This document shows, piece after piece, positions 15,545 through 26,649 of a DNA stretch of 32,000 nt. A program made the translations under genes and the position numbers. Numbering within the stretch: position 1 is the first letter of the stretch; every line of letters begins with the position of its first letter. The DNA is taken from the NCBI RefSeq assembly GCF_051097895.1, contig NZ_CP142525.1, forward strand, positions 600,001-632,000. Reading direction: 5' to 3'. A model generated the notes under the pieces. It saw nothing but the letters and a program-made list of their open reading frames with translations. It was not told the origin of the DNA and made no database searches. This DNA comes from Psychrobacter sp. HD31. GTDB lineage: Bacteria; Pseudomonadota; Gammaproteobacteria; Pseudomonadales; Moraxellaceae.

Positions 15545-18500
15545 ATGCTAAAAATTATTCAATCTAACAAAACCGAACAATTATTAAAAAATTTAATTGG
15601 CGCTTATCAAACTCAGCAAAGGCATGTATTTGATGAGTTTGTTGTGCTGGTACCTTCTATGGTTATTGGCGAATGGCTACAAAAGTCTATTGCTGATGAG
15701 CTGGGTATTAGCACATTAATTTCGCACTCATTTTGGGGGCAATACCAAGTTGAGCTCATGAGCAGCGTATTAAAAAAATATGATGAGCATGATCCGCAAG
15801 GCAAAATTGACATTCCGGAAGTGGCGGTGTTGTCTACACGCATAATGCAGTGGCGCATTTTTGGTTATTTATTACACAACAAAAACCACATTTTAGCAGA
15901 TGAAAAGCATCCATTATTTGCCCTAATAAGCAAACTAATTAAAGATAAACAATCTAACTCTAAAAAAGGGGCTAATGAGCATAGCAACCCAAGGCTTTGG
16001 CAATTGGCCGAGCAGCTTGCTAAAGTTTTTAACCGTTATTTAACGCACCGTAATGATTGGTTGACAACGTGGTCAACAAACCAACATGTTGATATTACCA
16101 ATTTAATTAAACAAAAAGAGACATTAACCAAACAGTTTAGTAGTAATGACAACCATATCGACACACCAGATTGGTTAGAAGAACACTACCACCAGCTAGA
16201 AACCGCGCAACAGTTTTTATGGCATCACTTGTTTGCTGATGTGTATCAATATCGCATGCAAATAGAAAACCGATTTTGGCAAGGATTGTCTTACTTTGCC
16301 ACGCAATATGACAGCCATCATTTTGCTAACCTGCTTAATTTGCCAAACTGCTTGTATTTATTTACGATTGAGCAGCTACCGCTTGATGAGTTTGCGTTTA
16401 TGCAACGCTTATCTCAGTATTTAGATATCCAACTTTTCCATTACAACCCATCGCAAGCATACTGGGCAGACATTGTCGATAAGCATTGGTTTCAGCATCA
16501 GCAAATTGTTAATCCAAGTATCATTTATTTACGAGACTACGGTCATACGCTTTTATCTCGCCTTGGTAAACAAGAAAGAGAAACTTTTGCAACCTTATCA
16601 TCCTTATCTGGCAACAAAAATGATAGCGCACAAGCCATTTGGCAAAATGATTTTGTTTATTTAATTGAAGAAGAAAGCCAACAGGCAACAAACAAACAAA
16701 CACACGCTTATAAACCAAGTTTATTACAGCGTTTACAACAAGATGTGCTTGTCATGGATGACAACTTAACTAGGTTGTCACTTGAGCGAGACGTGTTTAA
16801 CGACCTATTACAAAAAAATCGCCACTGGGATTTTGATACTATTGATAACAGCCTAAGCATCCATTCTTGTCATAGTTTGCAACGCCAGTTAGAAGTATTA
16901 AGAGGCATGATTGGCAAATGGTTAAATGAAAGCACTTTAGATAATAAAGGTAATAAAATAACACGGCATATCTCTGATATTGTGGTTATGCTGCCAGATG
17001 TCGATAGCCACCATGACATGATTAACTCTGTTTTTGTTGATGGGGTTGGGCAAGATGGTTTAACCCTGCCAGCAAGAGTAACAGGGGTTGTAGACAAAGC
17101 TGTAAGGCAACTTTGGCAGGCCATCTGTGGTTACTACCAGCTGCTAGGGCAAGAACATAGCCGATTTGAAGCAAATGAGTTTTATGAGTGGTTATTATTA
17201 CCACCTGTATATGAAGGGTTTGAACTTAGCTTTGAGCAAATGAGCCGTGGCTGTGAACTATTAACAGAAGCTGGTTTTATCCGTGGGTTTGATGAAGCAC
17301 ACCTACAAGCCACGCTAGATAGCCAAGATACCGATTATCGTTTTAGTTTTGCTTATGCACTGGACAGATTGGTGCTTGGCTTAACCATGCCAGAAGCCGG
17401 ATTAACAGACATATTTTATAACCAAACCGATGATGAAAGCAGCTTAAATAAAGAAAAAACCTTGCCACTAGAATCAGTCTCACTAAGCGATGCAGTCATC
17501 ATTGATACCCTTTGTAAAATATACACCGCCCTTAATAAACACAGAAACGAATATTTTGATGATGATAGTGGGCAACCAAAACAAAAAACCGCACATGAAT
17601 GGCTAAATCAAATAGAAGCCGAAACCATCCATCCTTATTTTGCTAACCACGACCAAAGCCGTGCAATGCGCACCATTTTTAAAGCAATGAACGGGATGAA
17701 AAAAAATCTGCGAGCCAATTATGTATACCAACAAGTAGGCAACACCAACCAAAACCATCACCCAGCCGAAAGTTTAAAAAATCAATTATCGATTAAAGAG
17801 TTGCCGTTTCAGCTTAGCTTTATTTTAGAAAGTATTGAAGCTGAGCTAGAGAGCCAACAGGTAAGTGCCGAGCCAACCGGCGTTATTACGTTTGCACGCT
17901 TTGGTGCCGTTCGCTCTATACCTTTTAAACTGGTTGTGATGCTTAACATGAACTTATCTGAGTTTCCTCGACAAGAGCGTGATGACAGATACGACTTAAT
18001 GAAAGCAGGACTAGCCAGACGAGGCGACAGACGTGCCGATGATGATGACAATGGGGCATTTTTAAATGCGTTGTTATGTGCCAAACAAAACTGCTGGATT
18101 TTTTATAACGGACAAAGCCTAACAGATACCAATGAGCATTTACCTGCCAACCCAGTTGGGGAGCTGATTCAATTTTTAACGTCTGAAATTAGCTGGCAGG
18201 GCATTGATAAAAACTTACAGCAAGACCTACGAGAGCATATTACCGCACGGTTATTAACTCGTCATGCACCTTTGCCGTTTTCTGACCAACGCTTTGTAAT
18301 TAATGAACCTGATAGCAAGACAGGTGTAGAAGATGAAAAAAGTGAAAAACAATTATTAGCCGATTTTAAATTAAAACAACAAAAACAGTTTCCACCACCG
18401 CCTATTTGGACACAGGTTTATCATCAATTACATCAAACAATTAATGATAACAAAGAAGATAGACCAATTATTGAGCTAACAACTTTGGCACAATACCAGG

Positions 18501-19732
18501 CTATGGCTCAGTTACTAACGCAGCATCAACTGCCAATAGATAACAATAACGCCTTGATGTCTTGCATACCCAATATTGATTTTACAAACAAATTTTATGC
18601 TGAGTTGCCAACACAAATTAATATTGAGCAGTTTGCTTCTCAAATAACGCATACGGGAAAATTGTATTTACGTCATCATCAAATCCACATTGCCGATACC
18701 GATGATGAAGACGAGAGCCTAGAGCCACTAGCTTTAAACCAGTTAACACGATATCAATTAAACGATTCATTAATTGAAAGCCTTGGCAACAATACGGATA
18801 CTGCCAGTTATCCAACTCAGGTAGAAAATCTGTTATTTACGCCGCTTATCCCTGCTGGTGTTGCCCGTTATAGCACAATGCAAAATATGAATCAGCAAAT
18901 TAACCAACAACTTTACCATTTGCAACAAAAACTGGCAGAAAACCCCTTGGTTGCAGCAAAGTTAAACACTGACAAGTTAATAACAGCTGTTGATGAGCAC
19001 AACTTACAACTGTCATTAACCATGTTTGGCAAAAAGGTTAATGTGGAGTTAAAAGGAATCATACCTAACTGGCAAGTTAATGATGCCAATAAGCATATCG
19101 AGGCATCGGACTTTGTAGACAATTCAACAAATGTATCCGATACAACAAATCAACAGCCAAAAGTTTGGGTGAATGTGCTTGCCACCAAACCACGCGATAA
19201 ACATTTACTTAAATTTTGGTTACGTCATCTATTTTGGCAAATATGCCGTGGTACCTCTTTGCAACAAGTTGCACAGCAAGATGGTATGAGCATTTGGCAG
19301 TTTGCCGGCACCAGTAGCGATGTTAGTAAAATAGCAAACGCAGATATTATTCAACTGCCGGCAATCGAAAAGTCACACGCAATTAATGAGCTTAAAAAGT
19401 GGATTATTTATGCCGCATTTGCTAAACAGTATCCGTTAATCCTTATGCCTAAATATGCCTTTATTTATTTAGATAAGCAATATAAAGCGCAAGCAAAGGG
19501 CAATGACTATCAGCCTCGTGGTAGTGATTTTATAGGTTGGTCAGCACCAGTATATAACGCCAAAAACCCAAATCAGCCAATTTATGATAGCTGTAGCCAA
19601 CATGACATTTGGCAATATATTTTAGAAGATAACAAAAAACAGATAGATGTGAATCAAGCAATAACCATAGCATTATCTCAGCTTGCAGAAACCATGTTTA
19701 GTGAATTGTTTAATACGGTTGAGGGCTTATAA
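15545..19732 (+). CDS. recC: Exodeoxyribonuclease V gamma subunit (enlarged, 1395 aa)
   Basis: It is the first gene of a recC-recB-recD cluster. The N-terminus MLKIIQSNKTEQLLKNL...VLVPSMVIGEWLQKSIADELGI parallels E. coli RecC (MLRVYHSNRLDVLEAL...ILVQSPGMAQWLQMTLS). The ORF ends 9 nt before recB. Confidence 0.85.
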   Translation: MLKIIQSNKTEQLLKNLIGAYQTQQRHVFDEFVVLVPSMVIGEWLQKSIADELGISTLISHSFWGQYQVELMSSVLKKYDEHDPQGKIDIPEVAVLSTRIMQWRIFGYLLHNKNHILADEKHPLFALISKLIKDKQSNSKKGANEHSNPRLWQLAEQLAKVFNRYLTHRNDWLTTWSTNQHVDITNLIKQKETLTKQFSSNDNHIDTPDWLEEHYHQLETAQQFLWHHLFADVYQYRMQIENRFWQGLSYFATQYDSHHFANLLNLPNCLYLFTIEQLPLDEFAFMQRLSQYLDIQLFHYNPSQAYWADIVDKHWFQHQQIVNPSIIYLRDYGHTLLSRLGKQERETFATLSSLSGNKNDSAQAIWQNDFVYLIEEESQQATNKQTHAYKPSLLQRLQQDVLVMDDNLTRLSLERDVFNDLLQKNRHWDFDTIDNSLSIHSCHSLQRQLEVLRGMIGKWLNESTLDNKGNKITRHISDIVVMLPDVDSHHDMINSVFVDGVGQDGLTLPARVTGVVDKAVRQLWQAICGYYQLLGQEHSRFEANEFYEWLLLPPVYEGFELSFEQMSRGCELLTEAGFIRGFDEAHLQATLDSQDTDYRFSFAYALDRLVLGLTMPEAGLTDIFYNQTDDESSLNKEKTLPLESVSLSDAVIIDTLCKIYTALNKHRNEYFDDDSGQPKQKTAHEWLNQIEAETIHPYFANHDQSRAMRTIFKAMNGMKKNLRANYVYQQVGNTNQNHHPAESLKNQLSIKELPFQLSFILESIEAELESQQVSAEPTGVITFARFGAVRSIPFKLVVMLNMNLSEFPRQERDDRYDLMKAGLARRGDRRADDDDNGAFLNALLCAKQNCWIFYNGQSLTDTNEHLPANPVGELIQFLTSEISWQGIDKNLQQDLREHITARLLTRHAPLPFSDQRFVINEPDSKTGVEDEKSEKQLLADFKLKQQKQFPPPPIWTQVYHQLHQTINDNKEDRPIIELTTLAQYQAMAQLLTQHQLPIDNNNALMSCIPNIDFTNKFYAELPTQINIEQFASQITHTGKLYLRHHQIHIADTDDEDESLEPLALNQLTRYQLNDSLIESLGNNTDTASYPTQVENLLFTPLIPAGVARYSTMQNMNQQINQQLYHLQQKLAENPLVAAKLNTDKLITAVDEHNLQLSLTMFGKKVNVELKGIIPNWQVNDANKHIEASDFVDNSTNVSDTTNQQPKVWVNVLATKPRDKHLLKFWLRHLFWQICRGTSLQQVAQQDGMSIWQFAGTSSDVSKIANADIIQLPAIEKSHAINELKKWIIYAAFAKQYPLILMPKYAFIYLDKQYKAQAKGNDYQPRGSDFIGWSAPVYNAKNPNQPIYDSCSQHDIWQYILEDNKKQIDVNQAITIALSQLAETMFSELFNTVEGL

Positions 19733-19741
19733 GCAAATCAG

Positions 19742-22700
19742 ATGAAAGAAGAAAAAATGACAAACGATCATATCCCTGCCATTAATATCAACCTATCAGG
19801 CAAACACCTGATAGAGGCATCGGCAGGTACCGGTAAAACATGGACGTTAACTGGCATTGTTTTGCGTTTATTGATAGAAAAAAAAGTACCGCCAGAACAA
19901 ATCATCTGTACAACTTTTACGCGTGCAGCTGCAGCAGAAATGAGACAGCGTATTCATGAGCGCTTAACAGATTTTTATCATTTGTTGAATTGGCTTCGCG
20001 CATTATCAAATGACAACACAAATTTTGACTGGCTATACCCAAAAACAGCGCAAAACCAAAATACAGAGCTAAGCTCTGCACAAAAAAACCAAATTAAAAA
20101 AACACGCCATACAAAACGTGAATTGGCACTTTTAAAACAAGCCCAAAACAACCTAGGTATCCAAAAATTATTAGAAGATAAGGTCAATATACACCTTGTT
20201 AACCAGTTAGCAGATGACATAGACAAGTACCCATTAGATGATGCCATAAGACGCTCAACCAACCTGTTAACAACATTAGATAAACTGTTTGTCAGCACCT
20301 TAGACAGCCTTGCGCAAAAATGGTTAAGTGAGTACAGTGCCGAAACAGGCTTTAGTAAGGGGATGTATATCTGTGATGATGAATGGGCTGTGATTAATGG
20401 CATTATCCATGATGAGCTGCGTAAGTTTCAGAGTCATATTTATCATACCAAACCCGACTTATATAAAATACTGCAACAAGGCGGGCATTTAACAAGTGTG
20501 ACCGATTACACAAGCACTGCCAATAAAGCCTTGCAATTTATGAGCGTGCCAATTGAAGCAGTGGATGTTAAAGATTTTGATTTTGATGGTTTAAGACGAT
20601 TTTTAACCCGCTTTGATAATCATAATTGTGATGATGTTTTACCGTATTTTGATGCCGATTTTTGTGTGCGACAAAAGTTTAGAAAAAACACCAATCTACA
20701 TAAGTATTTAGACCGTATTCCAGCAATCATAGAATCATTACAAAAACATGGTATTAATTTTGAAACAAGTTTAGATGCCAATAGCAAAAAGCTATTAGCA
20801 GGTTTGGCAGGCTTTTATTTTGAAGGCAAAAACTTTAATAAAAATTCAGAAAAAGAACAAGCAGCCTTTTTGGCATTGCCTTCAATTGATTTATTAGTCA
20901 AGCTGTTAGACTATCAACAAAAACTTGGCACTTACATTGATGCAACGCTTGCAAATTTAAATAGGCATATCGCACTTAAAGTGCGTGAGCAACTGCCAGT
21001 TATCTTAGAAGAGCGCAACCAAACAACGTTTAACTTACAAATGGTGCGTTTAAACCAAACATTAGCAGGAGAGCAAGGACAAAAACTCGCAAAATATATC
21101 CGATACCAATACCCAGTAGCTCTCATTGATGAATCGCAAGATATTAATAGCGAACAAGCCGATATGATTCGCAAAATTTATTTGTCTAAAGATAGTACCA
21201 ACAGCCGCGAATTTTTATTACTAGTAGGCGACCCTAAGCAGGCTATTTACGGCTTTAGAGGCGGTGACGTTGCCAATTATAATGCAGTCAAAAATTTATA
21301 TAAAAAAAATGAAATCCACACGCTTAATCAAAACTTTCGCTCCTCTAAAGCACTTATTGACTCACTTAACTGTTGGTTTGGTGCATCCGCAAAAACAGAT
21401 GATGACGATGAACCCAGCCAATTTAGTAAGCTAGGCGAGGGCATTTATTACAATCACATCACTGCCATGCAAGAGCAAAGTAATCTAATTTGGCAAAATA
21501 ACTTAAGCATTAAGCCGCATCAACCTGTTTCTGTCATCCACCTTGTTAATGACAGTGAGATAAAAAATGCAGAAACCACTGTTGTTGCTAAACACATTGC
21601 AAGCCTGATAAACAGTAACACAACCCTTAACGGCAAACCATTAACTGCCAGCGATTTTGCAATTTTAGGACGAACCAAGCAAGCATTAAATGAAGCAGAA
21701 TCGGCTTTAAAAAAACTAAATATTGATACGGTTAAAGTTAGTGATAAAAGTATATTTGATACCCGCATGGCAAAAGACTTACTGGCGGTATTGCAGTCTG
21801 TATTAAATCCATTTAATCAGGGTTTGATTAACCGTACGCTAACTTCATCTTGGTATGGCTTTAGCCTTGATGACGTTAAACGCATGCAAAACACCATAGA
21901 TACAAATAATGTAGATAACACCCAAAACCAACAATACAGTGATTTTCAACAATTTTGTAAAACAGCAGCCCAGCTATGGACACGCAAAGGCATTTTAACC
22001 GCAATGGAATATCTGCTAAGTAACCATAATCCTCTCAAAAATATCAGCGTTTGGGAGTACTTAGCAAGTAATACCAACAAAGCTAAGGCGCAAAGGGCTT
22101 TAATTGATTTACGCCAACTGTTAGATATTTTGGCGCAATATACCAGCCCCATGGGTGAGCATGAATGTATCACTTGGCTAACTAAACAAATTGGTAATAA
22201 AACGGATGCAGATTGGGCTATACAGCACCCAGTGCCAACACAAGCAGGTGTTGAGTTAATGACCATCCATAAATCAAAAGGGTTGGAGTTCCCCATTGTA
22301 TATATATTGGGTATGGGCAGCTCTTTACGCAATGCTAAACAGGCGAGCAGCTTGTATCTTACCTCAACTACTGAGGGTGCATTTCAGGCTCGCAAACTCA
22401 CAACCTGTGATGACGAGAATGTTATACAAGCAGTAGAAAATGAAGCAATGGCAGAGCTTAAACGTTTATTTTATGTGGCACTCACACGTGCCAGCGAGCA
22501 AGTGTTTTTTCCATTAACCGACTTAGCTAAAAAAGATAAATTGGATAAACGCCCAACACATTTTTGGCTAGAATGTGCTGATAAAAACTATGTATTACCA
22601 ACACGGTTAAAAAACGCGATTGGTTGGCAACCAGAGCAAGAAATTAGTGACTATTTTACTAAAAATAAGATTGATAAACTGTCAAATAAGGCCAGTCATA

Positions 22701-23818
22701 CATCTAATAAATCCAATAACAAACCGCTAATTGACTACCCAATTTATGATGATGTGATTAAACGCAAAAGCTTTATTGGCTGGGCAAAAACCAGCTTTAC
22801 TGCACTAGCACACAACTTACATAGTGAAGTGGTAGACACCGCTGTTAATGAGGCAAATTATGACAGTATTGAGCAGCAATTATTAGATCAACAATTTAAT
22901 GAAAAAAGCGATTTAAGCGCCACGCAAACTGGCGTAGATGACAGGCAAAAAATCCGTTTTGACTTTGTAAAAGGTGCCAATGCTGGTAGCTTTTTACATA
23001 AAATATTTGAAGTGCTCGATTTTGATAATCCCTTAACTTGGAGCAGCAGTATTGATAAATGTGTGGTTGAGTTTGACTTACCTGATGTGTATGGATCAAC
23101 TAAAATCCAAAAACAACGGATAGAAAGCAGATACGGCAGAGATAAAAACGGCAAACTTATTAAGCAAGTAGACATAAATTTGCTTAATCAAGACACACAT
23201 GAGCAGTTAAAGATTTGGATTGACGAGGTTCTTAACAGCTCACTTACCGCCTCTAATACCTCATTAAAAGAGATACTACCCAAAAACCGCTTGCCAGAGC
23301 TTGGCTTTAGCATGAAGTTGGGAGACGGTTTTTCTGTTAGTAAAATAAGCCAAATTTTTGCCAAATATTTAGGTGAGCAAGATGAGCGATATATCAACCT
23401 AGCAACCGCAAACGGGCAAAATATCTATCAGTATTTGCGAGGTGAGATAGACCTTGTTTATCAACACAAAGGTAAGTTTTATGTGGTTGATTATAAAAGC
23501 AATCACCTTGGTCATCATTTCACCGATTACAATCAGGCAAATCTTGCCAAGGCAATGAGTAAAGCAGGCTATTGGTTGCAAGCGATGATTTATCAAGTGG
23601 CATTACACCGTTTACTAAAGTTACGCATCGCAGATTATACAGGTAATGAAGCCAACTACCTTGGCGCTGTTGAATATATGTTTGTGCGTGGCTGTGTTGC
23701 TAAAAACAATGCTTATGACGATGCAGATGTAAATGCAAATAAAACAAACTATGGCAAAATAAACTGGGACATCCCCGTTGATATGGTTTTAGAAATGGAT
23801 AAAGTGTTTGGCTATTAA
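19742..23818 (+). CDS. recB: Exodeoxyribonuclease V beta subunit (helicase-nuclease, 1358 aa)
   Basis: It has the SF1 helicase Walker A motif LIEASAGTGKTWTL, motif Ia TFTRAAAAEMRQRI, VALIDESQD, FRSS and TIHKSKGLEFPIV. The C-terminal RecB-family nuclease motif is GEIDLVYQHKGKFYVVDYKSNHLG. An alternative start at 19757 (MTNDH) is possible. Confidence 0.95.
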   Translation: MKEEKMTNDHIPAININLSGKHLIEASAGTGKTWTLTGIVLRLLIEKKVPPEQIICTTFTRAAAAEMRQRIHERLTDFYHLLNWLRALSNDNTNFDWLYPKTAQNQNTELSSAQKNQIKKTRHTKRELALLKQAQNNLGIQKLLEDKVNIHLVNQLADDIDKYPLDDAIRRSTNLLTTLDKLFVSTLDSLAQKWLSEYSAETGFSKGMYICDDEWAVINGIIHDELRKFQSHIYHTKPDLYKILQQGGHLTSVTDYTSTANKALQFMSVPIEAVDVKDFDFDGLRRFLTRFDNHNCDDVLPYFDADFCVRQKFRKNTNLHKYLDRIPAIIESLQKHGINFETSLDANSKKLLAGLAGFYFEGKNFNKNSEKEQAAFLALPSIDLLVKLLDYQQKLGTYIDATLANLNRHIALKVREQLPVILEERNQTTFNLQMVRLNQTLAGEQGQKLAKYIRYQYPVALIDESQDINSEQADMIRKIYLSKDSTNSREFLLLVGDPKQAIYGFRGGDVANYNAVKNLYKKNEIHTLNQNFRSSKALIDSLNCWFGASAKTDDDDEPSQFSKLGEGIYYNHITAMQEQSNLIWQNNLSIKPHQPVSVIHLVNDSEIKNAETTVVAKHIASLINSNTTLNGKPLTASDFAILGRTKQALNEAESALKKLNIDTVKVSDKSIFDTRMAKDLLAVLQSVLNPFNQGLINRTLTSSWYGFSLDDVKRMQNTIDTNNVDNTQNQQYSDFQQFCKTAAQLWTRKGILTAMEYLLSNHNPLKNISVWEYLASNTNKAKAQRALIDLRQLLDILAQYTSPMGEHECITWLTKQIGNKTDADWAIQHPVPTQAGVELMTIHKSKGLEFPIVYILGMGSSLRNAKQASSLYLTSTTEGAFQARKLTTCDDENVIQAVENEAMAELKRLFYVALTRASEQVFFPLTDLAKKDKLDKRPTHFWLECADKNYVLPTRLKNAIGWQPEQEISDYFTKNKIDKLSNKASHTSNKSNNKPLIDYPIYDDVIKRKSFIGWAKTSFTALAHNLHSEVVDTAVNEANYDSIEQQLLDQQFNEKSDLSATQTGVDDRQKIRFDFVKGANAGSFLHKIFEVLDFDNPLTWSSSIDKCVVEFDLPDVYGSTKIQKQRIESRYGRDKNGKLIKQVDINLLNQDTHEQLKIWIDEVLNSSLTASNTSLKEILPKNRLPELGFSMKLGDGFSVSKISQIFAKYLGEQDERYINLATANGQNIYQYLRGEIDLVYQHKGKFYVVDYKSNHLGHHFTDYNQANLAKAMSKAGYWLQAMIYQVALHRLLKLRIADYTGNEANYLGAVEYMFVRGCVAKNNAYDDADVNANKTNYGKINWDIPVDMVLEMDKVFGY

Positions 23819-23897
23819 AAAGTTAACAGTGCCTTATTTTTTAAATGGTCTTATCAATTAACATCACAAATTAAATTTTATTAATCACTCAATAAAC

Positions 23898-26051
23898 ATG
23901 CAAAATACTATAAAAAACTTAACAAGCCAACACACACGCCAGCTTAATAATTGGACGCAATCGGTTAGTGATTACATCTTGCAGAGGCGAGCGCAAACCA
24001 AACATGCCTATAACCAAAACGGAAGCAACCCAACTGTAGCTGAGTTAAATAGCGCAGATGATGAAACCGTGTTTCAGGCATTATTAATTGCTTTAGGGCA
24101 AGAATTAGAAGCAGGGCATACCATTATTGAGTTAACAGAATACATAAAGGTAGAAGAAGATATTAACTTGCAAGGTAGCCACTGGCAAAACCAGATTTTG
24201 ATTAAAATATTACAGCCTTGGCAAGGGATAGTCGCTTTACCAAATACAGATGCTGTCACTGCAAACAAGATTGACGACATAATTGCCAATAAGAATGAAA
24301 AGCAAGATAGCGCTGATACCAGTGTACAAGACTTTATCAACTTTTGTTTTGATAGCCAAACTGACTTGTTATTAGCGGCCAGTAACATTAATAAAAACAA
24401 TAAAAAATTGCTTATTGAACGTAAACAACTCGCACAGCGACTAGCAAGCATCATCAAAGAATTAAGCTTGCTACAATTTGCTAACTTTTTAGCAAGTCAT
24501 GCGTTATTTTCACCCAACCAAGCATTCAAACATACTGAAAATCAGTCATTGGCGTATCAAGCACCGATTGTTTTCAAGCTTAATCAGAACAACAACAAAC
24601 TTGTATTTTGGCTGCATCGCAGTTGGTTTGCAGAGCGTTCTATCATTAAAAACATAGCACGCATTAATCACCAAACGCCCCAAAAACTATCAATTGATGA
24701 CTATTTATCACCCACATTAAATGATGGGCAAAAACTGGCCATTGCCACGGCAAACCAACATGCCTTTAGTATCATCACAGGCGGGCCTGGTACAGGCAAA
24801 ACATATACGGTTGCGCAACTGGTTATGGCACTACATCAAGCCCATATTAAACAAAATAGGCAAGACGCCAGCAAGCAAACATTATCTTTAGCACTTGCTG
24901 CACCAACGGGTAAAGCAGCCCAACGTATGCAGGAGTCACTACAATCGGCTATATCAGCAGCAGGTTTAAACATACAGCTAAAAGATGCAAAAACCATTCA
25001 TCGCTTATTGGGCATTGGGGTAACGGGCAAACCTAGGTATCATGCCAATAATCCATTAAATGAAGATATTATTATTGTCGATGAGGCATCTATGCTGGGT
25101 GTAGAGCTTGCCAGTTACTTATTAGATGCCGTTAAATCTGGCGCGCGTTTAATTTTGCTTGGTGATGCCTACCAACTGGCAGCCGTTGATGCAGGCTCTG
25201 TTTTAGCAGATTTATGCCAATTAACAAAATTAAAAGATAACCATCAAACCTTGCATGAAAGCAAACGTTTTAATGATGAATCTGGCGTGGGGAAACTGGC
25301 TAAAAAAATTAATGAAAACGCGTCGCCAAACAAATTTAATGCGTTATTAGATTTATTTGATAACCAAGACAGCTTAGCATTTTACGCCTTAGATAATAGT
25401 CAATTAACTGGCAAAAACATCACTTTTATTGAACAGCAATATAGCCAGTATTTTGCGCAAAGCAAAATTTTATTGGATGAGATAAATAACGAGCATTTAA
25501 CGGATGCGCAGCTGATGCAAAAAGCAGGGGCGCTACTTAATACCTTTAATAAATTTAGGATTTTAACAGCAGGGCATCAAGGCTATTTGGGTGATGATGA
25601 ACTTAATGCACGCTTAGAAACAACACATAAAAACCAACTTAGGCTGCCTTTATCCTCAAGCAGTTGGTATCACGCCCGTCCTATTATGATTAGTAAAAAC
25701 AACTATCATCAATCGCTTTACAATGGTGATATTGGGCTGTGTTTAAAAGTGGGTAATGAGTTTAAGCTGTATTTTGAGCATAAATCAGCACTTGTACCGG
25801 TTAATATGTTAAATGAGTCCGATCTATCAACCGCTTATGCTATGACCATTCATAAATCACAGGGATCAGAGTTTGATCATGTTGCCATCATGCTAGATAA
25901 AGCAGGGGAGCGACTGTTAAGTCAAGAGCTTATTTATACAGCTGTAACTCGTGCAAAGCAAAAAGTGAGTATTTTTAGCAATCAGCAAGCCTTACAAGTT
26001 GCCATAACCACACCAACAATAAGACAAACTGGGCTAGGCATGACAGAATAA
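23898..26051 (+). CDS. recD: Exodeoxyribonuclease V alpha subunit (SF1 5'-3' helicase, 717 aa)
   Basis: It has Walker A ITGGPGTGKTYTV, LAAPTGKAAQRM, IIIVDEASML, LILLGDAYQLAAVDAGSV, and C-terminal AMTIHKSQGSEF and LIYTAVTRAK motifs. Confidence 0.93.
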   Translation: MQNTIKNLTSQHTRQLNNWTQSVSDYILQRRAQTKHAYNQNGSNPTVAELNSADDETVFQALLIALGQELEAGHTIIELTEYIKVEEDINLQGSHWQNQILIKILQPWQGIVALPNTDAVTANKIDDIIANKNEKQDSADTSVQDFINFCFDSQTDLLLAASNINKNNKKLLIERKQLAQRLASIIKELSLLQFANFLASHALFSPNQAFKHTENQSLAYQAPIVFKLNQNNNKLVFWLHRSWFAERSIIKNIARINHQTPQKLSIDDYLSPTLNDGQKLAIATANQHAFSIITGGPGTGKTYTVAQLVMALHQAHIKQNRQDASKQTLSLALAAPTGKAAQRMQESLQSAISAAGLNIQLKDAKTIHRLLGIGVTGKPRYHANNPLNEDIIIVDEASMLGVELASYLLDAVKSGARLILLGDAYQLAAVDAGSVLADLCQLTKLKDNHQTLHESKRFNDESGVGKLAKKINENASPNKFNALLDLFDNQDSLAFYALDNSQLTGKNITFIEQQYSQYFAQSKILLDEINNEHLTDAQLMQKAGALLNTFNKFRILTAGHQGYLGDDELNARLETTHKNQLRLPLSSSSWYHARPIMISKNNYHQSLYNGDIGLCLKVGNEFKLYFEHKSALVPVNMLNESDLSTAYAMTIHKSQGSEFDHVAIMLDKAGERLLSQELIYTAVTRAKQKVSIFSNQQALQVAITTPTIRQTGLGMTE

Positions 26052-26117
26052 CCGACTTGAATTTACGCCTAGTAGCCACATTAAACTGATAGTAAACTCA
26101 ATAAATTTGTATCTTAT

Positions 26118-26624
26118 ATGACGACTAACACAACAAACCCTACAAACAAGTTAGCGGCAATTAAAACCGCCTCTAATCATATTATCGCCACTGCAACTAA
26201 TGAAAAAGGCTCGGCACTAAAATGCATTCATCAAGTAACGGTTTTAAAGCAAGTTACTGAGCCAACTTTTATTGCAATAGAGCAACGTATTTTAACAGAC
26301 CAAGATATAGCAGGTGCCTATCATCTGGCTTTATTAGCACAACAAACGTCAGATCTACCCATTGATGCCAAACAGCTAATTGACATGGTAATTAATAAAG
26401 GTGATAACACCAAAAGGCTCGCCCTATTAAAAAACTTACCAATGCCACCTGTTGACTTAATTAAGCAAAAAATACTTAGCAGTAATGATGACAAAGCAAT
26501 CCAGTTAATGGAAGCCTATTTACAAACCAATCCAGATGGTGGCGGCAGTGTTCATATGACATCAACACAACAAAAAGAGCATATCGTACCTCTTAGCCCA
26601 TCTGATAATAACCAAAACGCATAA
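26118..26624 (+). CDS. Hypothetical protein (168 aa), no recognisable domain
   Basis: The ORF is on the same strand as recD, 66 nt downstream. Its composition is similar to neighbouring genes. It has no SD, signal peptide or TM segment, and both termini are T/N/Q-rich. It is called on ORF length and position only. Confidence 0.4.
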   Translation: MTTNTTNPTNKLAAIKTASNHIIATATNEKGSALKCIHQVTVLKQVTEPTFIAIEQRILTDQDIAGAYHLALLAQQTSDLPIDAKQLIDMVINKGDNTKRLALLKNLPMPPVDLIKQKILSSNDDKAIQLMEAYLQTNPDGGGSVHMTSTQQKEHIVPLSPSDNNQNA

Positions 26625-26649
26625 TAACTAAAATCAAACCCAACGATTT

